Below are positions 15,502-25,089 of a stretch of DNA of 64,000 bases, one piece after another (position 1 is the first letter of the stretch; each line of letters opens with the position of its first letter). This DNA is from Candidatus Hydrogenedentota bacterium. GTDB lineage: Bacteria > UBA8481 > J006. The stretch is from positions 17,562 through 81,561 of the forward strand of contig RFFU01000074.1 of assembly GCA_003697085.1 (NCBI GenBank), written 5' to 3'. The notes under the pieces were generated by a model that worked only from the letters and a program-made list of their open reading frames with translations, made no database searches and was not told where the DNA came from. Position numbers and translations under genes: made by a program.

Positions 15502-16746
15502 ATGGTCGAATATCGCAAGGCGGCGCTCGATAAACTTGCTTCCCCCGAGCAACTCGACCGTCTCATTACGGTCACCGGTTCCCGTAGTTGGCTCGCTCTG
15601 GGCTCCATCTGTTTTCTTCTTCTCCTGATCCTCGTTTGGAGTGTCGTCGGGCGGATCCCCGTCACCGTCTCGGGACGCGGAATCCTGATCCGGGAGGGGG
15701 GGTTGGTTGAGATCGAGAGTCTGGGGACGGGATTAATTTCGGAGCTCCTGGTGGAGGAAGGGGATCACGTGGAGCCGGGCCAGCTGGTCGCTCGGATCCG
15801 ACAACCGACGCTCGTAACGGAGATCGAACAAGCGCGGGATCGGGTGCAGGAGCTCGAGGTGCAGCGGGAACGGACTTCGAAGCTAGAGTCGGAACGTGTC
15901 CGGCTGGGGGCCGCCGCGCTCGACCAACAGGAGGCGGAATTGCGAGGAACGATCCGCACCTCTCGGGAACGTGTTGCGTGGTTGGAGAAGCGGGTGGAGG
16001 CCTATCGCGATGCTGTTCGCGAGGGGCTGATCACGGAGGAGGAGTTGCGGCGGGTGATGAAGGAACGGGCGAGCGAGCGGGAGGTGATCGCGCGGGCCGA
16101 ATCCCGTCTCAAGAAGATCGCGTCGGATCGCCAAGCGCTGGAGACCGAGCGGGAGCGAAATCTTCTTGCGATCGACAAACAGCTCAGCGACGCCCGGCGG
16201 ACGCTGGCGGCTTTGGAGTCGCGGCTTCGCGAGGAAGGGCAGGTGTTTTCTCCGCACCGGGGCCGGGTCGTGGAGATCAAGGTCGAGCAAGGAGCGATTG
16301 TGACGAGGAACGCGGCCCTGATGAGTCTCGAGGCGGAAACGGGCCCGCTGGTCGCCGAGGTTTTCATTCCGGTCGAGGCGAAGAAGATACGCCGTGGGAT
16401 GGCGGCGCGGATCGCTCCCGCCACGGTGAAAAAGGAAGAGTACGGGATGATTGTCGGGCGCGTGGACGGTGTCTCGGCGCTTCCCGCCACGCGGGAAGGG
16501 ATGATGCATCTTTTGAAGAACGAATTGTTGGTCAAAGAACTGGCTTCGCGCGGCGCCCCCTTCCGTGTCACGTTGTCGCTCGAGGAGGATTCGGCGAGTT
16601 TCAGCGGTTTCCGATGGACCTCCTCGCGCGGGCCGAGAGTGCGGATCGAAAGCGGGATGCTCTGCGAGGGACGGATCGTCGTGGAGAAGAAGGCGCCGAT
16701 CCGCTTTCTTATTCCGGCGCTCAAGTCCTTCTTCGGCATAACGTAA
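15502..16746 (+). CDS. HlyD-family membrane fusion protein (bacteriocin-type / NHLM-type secretion adaptor)
   Basis: N-terminal cytoplasmic stretch, single TM (WLALGSICFLLLLILVWSVV), then long coiled-coil and beta-barrel hairpin regions typical of type I secretion MFPs. 6 nt downstream of the cNMP-binding gene. Confidence 0.8.
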   Translation: MVEYRKAALDKLASPEQLDRLITVTGSRSWLALGSICFLLLLILVWSVVGRIPVTVSGRGILIREGGLVEIESLGTGLISELLVEEGDHVEPGQLVARIRQPTLVTEIEQARDRVQELEVQRERTSKLESERVRLGAAALDQQEAELRGTIRTSRERVAWLEKRVEAYRDAVREGLITEEELRRVMKERASEREVIARAESRLKKIASDRQALETERERNLLAIDKQLSDARRTLAALESRLREEGQVFSPHRGRVVEIKVEQGAIVTRNAALMSLEAETGPLVAEVFIPVEAKKIRRGMAARIAPATVKKEEYGMIVGRVDGVSALPATREGMMHLLKNELLVKELASRGAPFRVTLSLEEDSASFSGFRWTSSRGPRVRIESGMLCEGRIVVEKKAPIRFLIPALKSFFGIT

Positions 16747-16757
16747 CTCGGAGAACG

Positions 16758-18962
16758 ATGGCTGTCGCCGCCGCGGAAGGTATCAAACCGTCTTCGGGAA
16801 AACCGCGGTTCCGTCGTGTCCGAACGCCGACGGTTCTTCAGATGGAGGCGGTGGAGTGCGGCGCGGCATCGCTGGCGATTATTCTCGAGTATTACGGCCG
16901 CGTGGTTCCGCTCGAGGAACTTCGCGTCGCATGCGGGGTGACGCGGGACGGAAGCAACGCCTTTCATTTGATCTCGGCTGCGCGGGAGTACGGATTCGAA
17001 GCCCACGGATACCGAAAGGACATTCCCCACCTCTACAACATCAAACCGCCCTTCATCATCTTCTGGAACTTCAACCATTTTTTGGTCGTCGAGGGATTGG
17101 CCAAGGATCGCGTTTTTCTCAACGATCCCGCGATGGGACCGCGCGTCGTTCCGATGGACGAATTCAACGAGTCCTACACCGGCGTTGTTCTGACCTTTGA
17201 ACCGACGCCGCGCTTCAGGAGAGGGGGACGCCGTCCGAGCCTGTCAGCGGCGGTCTGGAACCGCGTACGCCACTCTTCCGAAGGCATCGCCTACGCCGCT
17301 GTGGCGGCCGTCGCGCTCGTCGGCCCCGGATTGGCGGTTCCCGCCTTTTCGCGGATCTTCATCGATGACATTCTCATCGGCGGAATGCACGACTGGATCC
17401 GTCCCGTCCTGCTCGGTTTGGCGATCACTGGGTTTTTTCGCGTCTTTCTTACCTTTCTCCAGTCCCATTCTCTTCTTCGGCTCGAAACGAAACTTTCGAT
17501 CACCCAGACCGGTCGCTTTTTGCACCATATCCTTCATCTTCCCGTCTCGTTCTACCAGCAGCGTTACGGCGGAGAAATCAGCAACCGAGTCGGTTTCAAT
17601 TCGGACATCGCCCGCATCCTTTCGAACCGTCTCGCCGGAACGATCCTGGACCTTTTCATGACTGTCTTTTATGGAACGGTTCTCTTTCTGCTTTCTCCGG
17701 TGTTGATGCTGATTGCGGTTCTGGGAGTGGCCGCGAATGCCGTTACGGCTCGGACGATGCATCGGACCCTGACCGACGAGAACCTCCGTCTTCAGCAAGA
17801 GGCCGGAGCGACTTTGTCCGCGGCGATGTCCGGCGTGGCCTCGATCGAGACGCTGAAGGCGACGGGGAGCGAATCGGACTTCTTCGCGAACTGGGCGGGG
17901 CATCACGCGAAATACACGGTGACGATGCAAAACCTGAGTCTCAAAAGTGCTCTCTATTCCTCCCTCTCGACCCTCGTGAATTCCCTTTCGGACGTGGCGA
18001 TTCTGGGAGCCGGGGCCCTTCTGATTATGAACGGCCGCATCACGATGGGAACCTTTGTCGCCTTTCACGCGCTCTCCGCCTCCTTTGCGGGTCCGGTGAC
18101 GCGGATCATCAATCTCGCGACGGTGATTCAAGCCTTGCGCGCGCGCCTTGTCCGTCTCGACGACGTGCTCAATCACAAACACGCGCCGGACCTGCGGGTC
18201 GCGGAATCGACGCCGGTCGTTGCAGAAGAGGAAGAGAAACTTTCGGGACATCTCGAGATCCGCAATCTCACCTTCGGCTATTCGCGTTTCGATCCGCCGT
18301 TGATCGAGAATTTTTCGATGACGATCGCTCCGGGCGGGCGCGTGGCTTTGGTGGGGGCATCGGGATGCGGGAAATCGACATTGGCGAAACTGATCACCGG
18401 ATTGTACGAGCCGTGGGAGGGTGAGATTTATTTCGACGGACGTCCGCGAAAGGCGATCCCGCGTTCCGTGCTTACGAGCTCCGTTGCGATGGTGGATCAA
18501 GAGATTTCACTCTTTTCCGGAACCATTCGCGAGAACATTACACTTTGGGACGAGACGATTCCGGATATCGAAGTGGTGCGGGCGGCCAAGGATGCGGCGA
18601 TTCACTCCGAGATCACAGCGCGCGCGGGGGGATATGACGCGGAGTTGGAGGAGGGAGGAGCGAATCTTTCCGGCGGTCAACGCCAGAGGCTGGAGATCGC
18701 CCGGGCGCTCGTGACGAATCCTCGCCTGCTGATTCTGGACGAGGCGACCAGCGCTCTCGATCCCGTGACCGAGAAGGAGATCGATCGCAATCTGCGGGTG
18801 CGCGGTTGTACCTGCGTGATCGTCGCCCATCGGCTTTCGACGATTCGCGACGCGGACGAGATCATCGTCCTTGAACGCGGCCGGGTGGTTCAAAGGGGGA
18901 CGCACGAGGAATTGATCGCCGATCCGGACGCGCCGTATGCGCGATTGGTAAAGGCTCAATGA
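16758..18962 (+). CDS. Peptidase C39 domain-containing ABC transporter (double-glycine leader cleaving, bacteriocin exporter, peptidase/permease/ATPase)
   Basis: N-terminal C39 domain with catalytic Cys in MEAVECGAASLAIIL and His in FNHFLVVEG. Six-TM permease. C-terminal NBD with Walker A GASGCGKST, signature LSGGQRQRLEIARAL and Walker B LLILDEATSALD. The ATG at 16758 is used; the track ORF's upstream extension overlaps hlyD and is spurious. Confidence 0.88.
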   Translation: MAVAAAEGIKPSSGKPRFRRVRTPTVLQMEAVECGAASLAIILEYYGRVVPLEELRVACGVTRDGSNAFHLISAAREYGFEAHGYRKDIPHLYNIKPPFIIFWNFNHFLVVEGLAKDRVFLNDPAMGPRVVPMDEFNESYTGVVLTFEPTPRFRRGGRRPSLSAAVWNRVRHSSEGIAYAAVAAVALVGPGLAVPAFSRIFIDDILIGGMHDWIRPVLLGLAITGFFRVFLTFLQSHSLLRLETKLSITQTGRFLHHILHLPVSFYQQRYGGEISNRVGFNSDIARILSNRLAGTILDLFMTVFYGTVLFLLSPVLMLIAVLGVAANAVTARTMHRTLTDENLRLQQEAGATLSAAMSGVASIETLKATGSESDFFANWAGHHAKYTVTMQNLSLKSALYSSLSTLVNSLSDVAILGAGALLIMNGRITMGTFVAFHALSASFAGPVTRIINLATVIQALRARLVRLDDVLNHKHAPDLRVAESTPVVAEEEEKLSGHLEIRNLTFGYSRFDPPLIENFSMTIAPGGRVALVGASGCGKSTLAKLITGLYEPWEGEIYFDGRPRKAIPRSVLTSSVAMVDQEISLFSGTIRENITLWDETIPDIEVVRAAKDAAIHSEITARAGGYDAELEEGGANLSGGQRQRLEIARALVTNPRLLILDEATSALDPVTEKEIDRNLRVRGCTCVIVAHRLSTIRDADEIIVLERGRVVQRGTHEELIADPDAPYARLVKAQ

Positions 18963-21877
18963 CGGCGCGCGATCTGCTCGCGTCTCTCGCTCGGCTCGGT
19001 CCAGAACGGGATGTGAGCGGGAAGGAGACGTTCTACGTTCAGGGAGCCGAACGCGCGTGGGTCCTGACGAAAGGCGTTGTCGATGTCTTCGCGGTTATGC
19101 TCGAGGACGAGCGGCCCATCGGCCCGCGACATTACCTCTTCAGCGCCTCGCCGGGAATCATTCTCTTCGGTGTCGATCTTCTCCGCTACCACAAGCGTTG
19201 TGCTCTGTTGGCGGTCGGAGTTCCGGGAACGCGTGTTGTTTCCTTCGGCATCGCGGATTTGGTCGAGACGGCCCGGCGAAGTGGAACGCTGGAGGCGCTG
19301 GCGAGGCAGATTGAGGATTTTTCTGGAAAGGTAGGGGCGCTCTTCACCGCTCGTGAGCGGCCACCGTTCGATGAATTTCTCGCCGTGGGAGAGGAACGAG
19401 AGGTTCCGGCGGGTCGTGTTCTCGGAACGGAGCGCGGAATTACTTGGGTCCACGTGATCGGGGGGAAGGTCCGGCTCTGTGGTTTCGAGGATCTCGTCGT
19501 GGAGGCCGACGGCACCGCCGTTCCTCTCGCCCCGGGGCTTTGGCTCGAAACACTTATTGCGTCACATCTCGAGGTGATCGACAGCCGCGCGTTGCTTGAA
19601 CGCGATCCGCGCCTGAAGGCGTTGGGAAATTTGCAAGCCGTATATGTCCGATGGATCGAGGACCGCATCGCGGCGAAGCGGGCCGAGGAGCGGGAACGAA
19701 TTTCCCGGAGGCGTGAGCGGGATCAGGCGATTCTTGCCAAGGCTCTGGAGGATCTTAGCAGTGTTCTTGTCGGAAAAGGGCGCGCCGTGCCGGAGCACGA
19801 TCGTCCTCTGTTGGCCGCCTTGAATCGGATCGGCGCCGCGCTCGATTTGGATTTTCACCTTCCTTCGGAGTGGGAGTTGAGCCGGTACGGCGCCGCGCCT
19901 CTCGAGGCCATCTGCCGCCGTTCGCGGATCCGCCACCGGCGGGTGGCCCTTTACGGAGATTGGTATCGCCGGGACAACGGGCCGTTATTGGTCTTTCGAG
20001 ACAAGGAGCACGGGGCAACGCCCGTAGCCGCGGTTCCTCTTTCGGAGTCGCAGTACGAATACTTTGACCCTGTCACGGGAGCGACGGGGATTCTGACGCG
20101 GGATGTTGCCGCCACGCTCGATCCCTTCGGCGTGATGTTTTATCCTCCGCTTCCCGCAAAACCGCTTCACGTCTTTCAACTACTCAGACACGGAAGCCGG
20201 TTCGTTTCGAAGGACCTCCGGCGGGTGTTGGGGTTGAGTTTGGCGGCCGGCGCGCTTTCGCTGGCGTTGCCGTGGGCGACAGGGCTCCTTTTCAGCGACG
20301 TGATTCCTTCTTCCGAGCGACCGCTTCTTCTGCAGGTTGTTTTAGCGCTGTTGATCGCTTCTTCCGTCCAGACGCTCTTCCATTTCGTTCGCACGATTGC
20401 GCTGACGCGGATGCGGGCACGGTGGGGCGAGACGGTTCAGGCGGCGCTGTGGGACCGGATCGCTTCCTTGCCTCCGCGATTCTTCCGCCGCTTCACCGTC
20501 GGGGATCTCGTGGATCGCGCCGAGGTCGTGGATCACCTGCGCGAGGAACTCAGCGGCGCCGGGCTGACGGCCATCATCGGCGGGTTGATGTCGCTGATGC
20601 AATTTATTTTGATGTTCTACTATAGCCGGGTTCTCGCTCTGGGAGCCTTGGGAATCACGGCGCTCTTTGCTCTCGTGACCGGAGGCCTTGCCGTGGGAAT
20701 GCTGCGGTACGAGAGGGAGATGCAGAGGATCGCGGGGCGCCTCTCGGGTTTTCTTTACCAGGTGATCACCGGCATTGCCAAGATTCGGGTGGCGGGGGCC
20801 GAGGAACGGGCGTTTGCGGAATGGGCGCGACGGTTCCGCCGCGAACGCCTTCTCCGCTTCCGGGCCGGCTCCTACCAGAACATCATTCTCACCGTCAATG
20901 CCGGGCTGCCGATCCTTTCGACGATTCTCGTCTTTCTCCTTGTGCGTTATGCCGCGTTGCTCCCGGAGGGAGCCTGGATCAGTGTCGGGGATTTCATTGC
21001 CTTCAACGCCGCGATGACCGTCTTCCTCAACTCCGCGCTTTCGCTTACCGACACGGCGGTCAACCTTCTCAACCTCGTCCCGATGTTCGAACGCGTCGAG
21101 CCGATTCTTGTGACGGAGCCGGAAGCGCGGGAGGATCGGCCGGATCCGGGGCGCATCACCGGTTCTGTCGAGATGAGTCACGTTTCGTTTCGGTATCATC
21201 CCGACGGGCCGCTTGTTCTCGACGATGTTTCGTGGTCGGCGGCGCCCGGGGAGTTCGTTGCGTTGGTCGGGCCGTCCGGGGGAGGCAAATCGACGATCAT
21301 CCGGTTGTTGCTGGGATTCGAAATCCCGGAGACGGGAAACATCTATTTCGATGGGAGGGATGTATCGGCGGTGGACGTCACGGCGTTGCGGCGTCAGATC
21401 GGAGTCGTTCTCCAGAACAGCCGGCTCCGCCCCGGCTCGATCTTCGACAATATCGTCGGTTCCTCGAATCTTACCCTCGATGATGCCTGGCGTGTGGCCG
21501 AGCAGGCGGGTTTGAAGGAGGATATCGAGGCGATGCCGATGGGAATGCACACGAACATTTCCGAGGGAGGGACGACGTTTTCGGGGGGGCAGCGACAACG
21601 AATTCTGATCGCCCGCGCGCTGATTCATCAACCGCGAATCCTGATCTTCGACGAAGCGACGAGTGCCCTGGACAACACGACGCAGAAAGTCGTCTCCGAC
21701 AGTCTCGACCGTCTCAATGCAACGCGGATCGTGATCGCCCATCGCCTTTCGACGATCCGAAATGCCGACAGAATCTATGTAATCGAGAAGGGAAGGATTG
21801 TACAACGGGGAAACTACGAGGAATTGATGACGGAGGGAGGTCTATTCACCGACCTCGCGCGCCGTCAACTCGCTTAG
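18959..21877 (+). CDS. ABC transporter ATP-binding/permease with N-terminal cyclic nucleotide-binding-like domain (second component of the NHLM-type exporter)
   Basis: 972 aa. The N-terminal ~150 aa are cNMP-binding-like (ETFYVQGAERAWVLTKGVVDVF). Then a degenerate peptidase-like region, a 6-TM permease, and an NBD (GPSGGGKST; FSGGQRQRILIARAL; ILIFDEATSALD). ATGA start/stop overlap with the preceding gene. Confidence 0.85.
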   Translation: MTARDLLASLARLGPERDVSGKETFYVQGAERAWVLTKGVVDVFAVMLEDERPIGPRHYLFSASPGIILFGVDLLRYHKRCALLAVGVPGTRVVSFGIADLVETARRSGTLEALARQIEDFSGKVGALFTARERPPFDEFLAVGEEREVPAGRVLGTERGITWVHVIGGKVRLCGFEDLVVEADGTAVPLAPGLWLETLIASHLEVIDSRALLERDPRLKALGNLQAVYVRWIEDRIAAKRAEERERISRRRERDQAILAKALEDLSSVLVGKGRAVPEHDRPLLAALNRIGAALDLDFHLPSEWELSRYGAAPLEAICRRSRIRHRRVALYGDWYRRDNGPLLVFRDKEHGATPVAAVPLSESQYEYFDPVTGATGILTRDVAATLDPFGVMFYPPLPAKPLHVFQLLRHGSRFVSKDLRRVLGLSLAAGALSLALPWATGLLFSDVIPSSERPLLLQVVLALLIASSVQTLFHFVRTIALTRMRARWGETVQAALWDRIASLPPRFFRRFTVGDLVDRAEVVDHLREELSGAGLTAIIGGLMSLMQFILMFYYSRVLALGALGITALFALVTGGLAVGMLRYEREMQRIAGRLSGFLYQVITGIAKIRVAGAEERAFAEWARRFRRERLLRFRAGSYQNIILTVNAGLPILSTILVFLLVRYAALLPEGAWISVGDFIAFNAAMTVFLNSALSLTDTAVNLLNLVPMFERVEPILVTEPEAREDRPDPGRITGSVEMSHVSFRYHPDGPLVLDDVSWSAAPGEFVALVGPSGGGKSTIIRLLLGFEIPETGNIYFDGRDVSAVDVTALRRQIGVVLQNSRLRPGSIFDNIVGSSNLTLDDAWRVAEQAGLKEDIEAMPMGMHTNISEGGTTFSGGQRQRILIARALIHQPRILIFDEATSALDNTTQKVVSDSLDRLNATRIVIAHRLSTIRNADRIYVIEKGRIVQRGNYEELMTEGGLFTDLARRQLA

Positions 21878-21927
21878 CGAGGCAGGGCTGGACAAATCCA
21901 TGACGACACGACAGCGAGGCACCAAAG

Positions 21928-23367
21928 GTGAATCTCCGCCCCTTCGTTTCCTTTTTCTCTCCCGCTGATACAATTTCCCCGATGGAACGGTTTTCGGATA
22001 AGAGCTTCTCGGATCGTGATGTCTCCGAACAACGGCGGCCGCGGATTCTCGTGGTTCGCTCCTGCGCGGCGACGCTCCTACCCGCAATCGATTCTCTCCG
22101 TAATGAATTTCCAGATGCGGCTGTCGATCTTCTGGTGAGCCGCGGATTTCGAGACGCGGCGGGGAACGAAGCCGCGAACGGCCGCGTAATCGAGGTTGAT
22201 CGGGACGGACCGTTTCGTCGAGCCAGTCTGCGTGCCGCCACGCGACGAACGTTTCGCAAGACGAATTATATCGCCGTCGTGACCCTCTATCCTCCGGAAA
22301 CCACCGCACCGGCCGCGAATCTCGAGTCCCTCGTCCGATCGCTTCGCGTCCACCGCCACCTTCGGCTTCGCCGAAAGGGAAACAGCGTCGAACCTCTTCC
22401 CGAGACACCGGCGATTCGAGCAAGAACGAGGCAAGGGCGAGGCTCCGGCCGATGGCGTTCGAGTGCATTCGTTGAACTCGCCTCCCCGGCGCGTTCCCCG
22501 CATTCCTTCTCGCGTCGGCTTCGATCCTTTTACGCCACGCTCTTCAATAAACCCGCCTTCCTCCCATGGAACCGTTTTCTCTTCCGGCTCGGACTGGCCG
22601 GTTTGGGCGTCGACCATTGCGGAGACGAGAAGAACAGCGGGGAAGCCTGGTTCGTCCGCAACATCCTGCGCCGTATCGGAAAAAAGGCCACGGTCGTCGA
22701 TGTGGGAGCCGGTATCGGTCGTTACGCACGCTTGGTCCGACGGAATGCTTCCGATGCACGTATCCTCTGCCTCGAACCCCACCCCGCCACCTTTCGCGTT
22801 CTTTCGGCCGCCGCCGCCGAAATAGGAGCGGAGGCTTTCGCCGTCGGCGCAGCGGAGACGGATCGTTCAGCGCCGCTTTTCGATTTTGTTCCGACCGGCT
22901 CGTCCCGAGCATCGCTCTTTCCGGAGACGCTCCTCTCCGGCTCCCGTCTTGATCAGTCACGTCCCGCGGAGGGGGATTCCGGTGAAGAATCCCTCTGGCA
23001 CTCCGACGTTCCCCTCGTCAGCCTCGACTCTTGGCTCCCCGCGCAGGAGGTCTCCCAGATTCATCTTCTTAAAATAGATACCGAAGGTTCTGAACGTCTC
23101 GTCCTCGAAGGGGCACGCCGTTTTCTTTCGGAGGGAAGGGTGGATGTCATTCAGTTCGAATTCAACGAGATGAATCTTGCCTCTCGGACGTTCTTGGCGG
23201 ACATTCGAACGCTTCTCCCCGGATTTCAACTCTATCGGATTCTCTCCACCGGCCTCCTTCCGCTCGATTCCCTCGCTCCCTTCGAGCGAGAGATATTCGC
23301 GTATCAGAATATCGCCGCGATCCGATCCGCTCTGTCGTCGCCGGATGGCATCTTCAACTCACTGTGA
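21928..23367 (+). CDS. FkbM-family SAM methyltransferase with an N-terminal Rossmann-like (GT9-like?) extension
   Basis: The C-terminal half matches FkbM: VVDVGAGIGRYARLV...ILCLEPHPATF...HLLKIDTEGSERLVLEGA...VIQFEFNEMN. The N-terminus RILVVRSCAATLLPAIDSLR resembles the start of heptosyltransferase-like proteins but is short. Confidence 0.65.
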   Translation: MNLRPFVSFFSPADTISPMERFSDKSFSDRDVSEQRRPRILVVRSCAATLLPAIDSLRNEFPDAAVDLLVSRGFRDAAGNEAANGRVIEVDRDGPFRRASLRAATRRTFRKTNYIAVVTLYPPETTAPAANLESLVRSLRVHRHLRLRRKGNSVEPLPETPAIRARTRQGRGSGRWRSSAFVELASPARSPHSFSRRLRSFYATLFNKPAFLPWNRFLFRLGLAGLGVDHCGDEKNSGEAWFVRNILRRIGKKATVVDVGAGIGRYARLVRRNASDARILCLEPHPATFRVLSAAAAEIGAEAFAVGAAETDRSAPLFDFVPTGSSRASLFPETLLSGSRLDQSRPAEGDSGEESLWHSDVPLVSLDSWLPAQEVSQIHLLKIDTEGSERLVLEGARRFLSEGRVDVIQFEFNEMNLASRTFLADIRTLLPGFQLYRILSTGLLPLDSLAPFEREIFAYQNIAAIRSALSSPDGIFNSL

Positions 23368-25089
23368 TTTCGGATTCATCCAGGGAGGGAAGAGTGCGTC
23401 GCGGAAGACCCGCAGAAACTCTTTTGCCGTCAAAAGGGCGATACGCTCTCCCGTTCCATCACGGCATTCGGTCCTTCGGGAATGCCGTTCAAGGAAATTC
23501 CGTAGGCGGAGGTAGGACGCGTCGGCGGGATCGTTGACGGGAAGAACCGCCAGGTCGAACCTCTCTTGAACCAGTTTCTCGAGAACCTCGACACGGTAAT
23601 TTTCGAGATTCGGATAAAAGATCGTCTTTTCCAAACGCGCCTCCTCCGGCGGCGGATAATTGCGGTGGCAGACGAGAGTGAACGAAGCCTGGGGCCATTC
23701 TCGACGGAGAGCATCCCAAACTCTCTTCATAACCTCCCGTCTTGCGGACTGCAAAATGAGAATCGACCGCGGCTGATTCGGCGATACCTCTCTCTCTTTT
23801 TCCCGGGAAATGTCTTCTCCTCTCGATGCCTCTCCCCCCCGTTCGCCTTCCTCCGGCCGTGCTTCGTCTTCCCGGCGCGTTTCGCATTTCGTTCCTCCCC
23901 TCCTTTTTCGAAGTGGCGTCGCTTGTTCCGCGAATTCTGCGAACAACTCCTCGTACCGCCGCGCGACGGCTTCCGAATCGTCCCAGATTTCACGGCGAAC
24001 GCGTTTCGCCCTTGCGCCTCTCTCCAATTCCTCGCGCCGGCGTTCGTTCTTCAATAGGTGCGTCAGGGTTTTCCGTAAAGCGGCACGGCTTCCGGCGGGG
24101 AGAAGCACGCCGTTCACTCCTTCCTCGATCACCTCTTTCACAAGTCCCACGGAAAAGGCCACCGCCGGGATCCCGGCGTCGAGCGCTTCGAGGAGCGTCA
24201 ACGGGAGGCCTTCCGAGCAGGAGAGCACGAGGATGAGGTCGATGAGACCGGTGCGTTCGCGGACGGTGGGCAGTGAGCCCGTGAAGAGAATCCTCTCCGC
24301 CCAAGAGGTCCCGTCGAGCATCTTCCGCATTCTCTCTTCCGTTTCCGGGTCGACGCGGGGACCTATGAAGGCGACGCGAACGCTCCGTCCATCGTCCGTT
24401 TCGGTCGGCAGTCCAGGAAGAACCGCGGCCAAGTGATGAACCCCCTTGTGGGCATTAACAGCGCCGACCATTCCCAAGACGTATTCGTCCTTTTCCAGAC
24501 CGTATTCTTTTCGAAGCGCCTCGTCTCGCCCGCCGGGAGGGCCGAAACGCGGATAGGGGAGGCGAAAGAAGGGACGATGGCGGGCGGGAAGCGAAAGCAA
24601 AGCGGGAGACGGCCCGGCGAACGCGTCGGGAGGGGCGGTTTCATCGAGCCAGCGGCGGTAAGGGGGAGGAGCGAACGATTCCTGGACGAACTGAAGGGCG
24701 GTCGCACCGAGGTTGCGGGCCAGCACGTTGCCGTAGCGGATGGCCCCGGTCGTCGAGACGACAAGGTCCGGTGGTTCCTCGGCGAGCCGTTCTCCGAGGC
24801 GTTCGATGTTCTTCCAGCCCGCGCGAACGGCGGCGACCACTCTCCGAAACCGAACATTGATCGGAAAAGCGCCGTCGTGAAGAAGATGGATCTTTCCGAC
24901 AAACGGACGCAATTCCTCGACAGCCGGCCCCGCGGGAAGGGCCGCGTCGATCAGTAGACCGGTCTCCTTGACTCTTCCCGCGAGATACTCCAGCACGGGG
25001 AGCATCAGGCGGTAGGAGCCGCCGAGCCCGGAGCCGGAATGAAAAAGGAGCAGAACGCGCCGGCGGATGATTTCGTCTCGGAGCGTCAC
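23359..25089 (-). CDS. Glycosyltransferase family 1 (GT4-like) with a ~200-aa N-terminal extension
   Basis: ...RVAFIGPRVDPETEERMRKML...ILFTGSLP...IDLILVLSCSEGLPLTLLEALDAGIPAVAFSVGLVKEVIEEGVNGVLL (GT1 C-terminal Rossmann domain). Confidence 0.75.
   Translation of the reverse strand: MTLRDEIIRRRVLLLFHSGSGLGGSYRLMLPVLEYLAGRVKETGLLIDAALPAGPAVEELRPFVGKIHLLHDGAFPINVRFRRVVAAVRAGWKNIERLGERLAEEPPDLVVSTTGAIRYGNVLARNLGATALQFVQESFAPPPYRRWLDETAPPDAFAGPSPALLSLPARHRPFFRLPYPRFGPPGGRDEALRKEYGLEKDEYVLGMVGAVNAHKGVHHLAAVLPGLPTETDDGRSVRVAFIGPRVDPETEERMRKMLDGTSWAERILFTGSLPTVRERTGLIDLILVLSCSEGLPLTLLEALDAGIPAVAFSVGLVKEVIEEGVNGVLLPAGSRAALRKTLTHLLKNERRREELERGARAKRVRREIWDDSEAVARRYEELFAEFAEQATPLRKRRGGTKCETRREDEARPEEGERGGEASRGEDISREKEREVSPNQPRSILILQSARREVMKRVWDALRREWPQASFTLVCHRNYPPPEEARLEKTIFYPNLENYRVEVLEKLVQERFDLAVLPVNDPADASYLRLRNFLERHSRRTECRDGTGERIALLTAKEFLRVFRDALFPPWMNPKSQ

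Noticed and set aside
15978-16757. N-terminal 260-codon extension of the C39-ABC ORF
   Set aside because: It overlaps hlyD in a different frame and is Gly/Arg-rich. The conserved C39 N-terminus starts at the ATG at 16758.
16002-18500. Long minus-strand ORFs (16002..17078, 17244..18500) antisense to the hlyD and C39-ABC transporter genes
   Set aside because: Antisense artefacts of GC-rich coding DNA. The + strand products have Walker, signature and C39 motifs.
20342-21805. 487-aa minus-strand ORF antisense to the second ABC transporter gene
   Set aside because: Same reasoning: the + strand carries the ABC signature.
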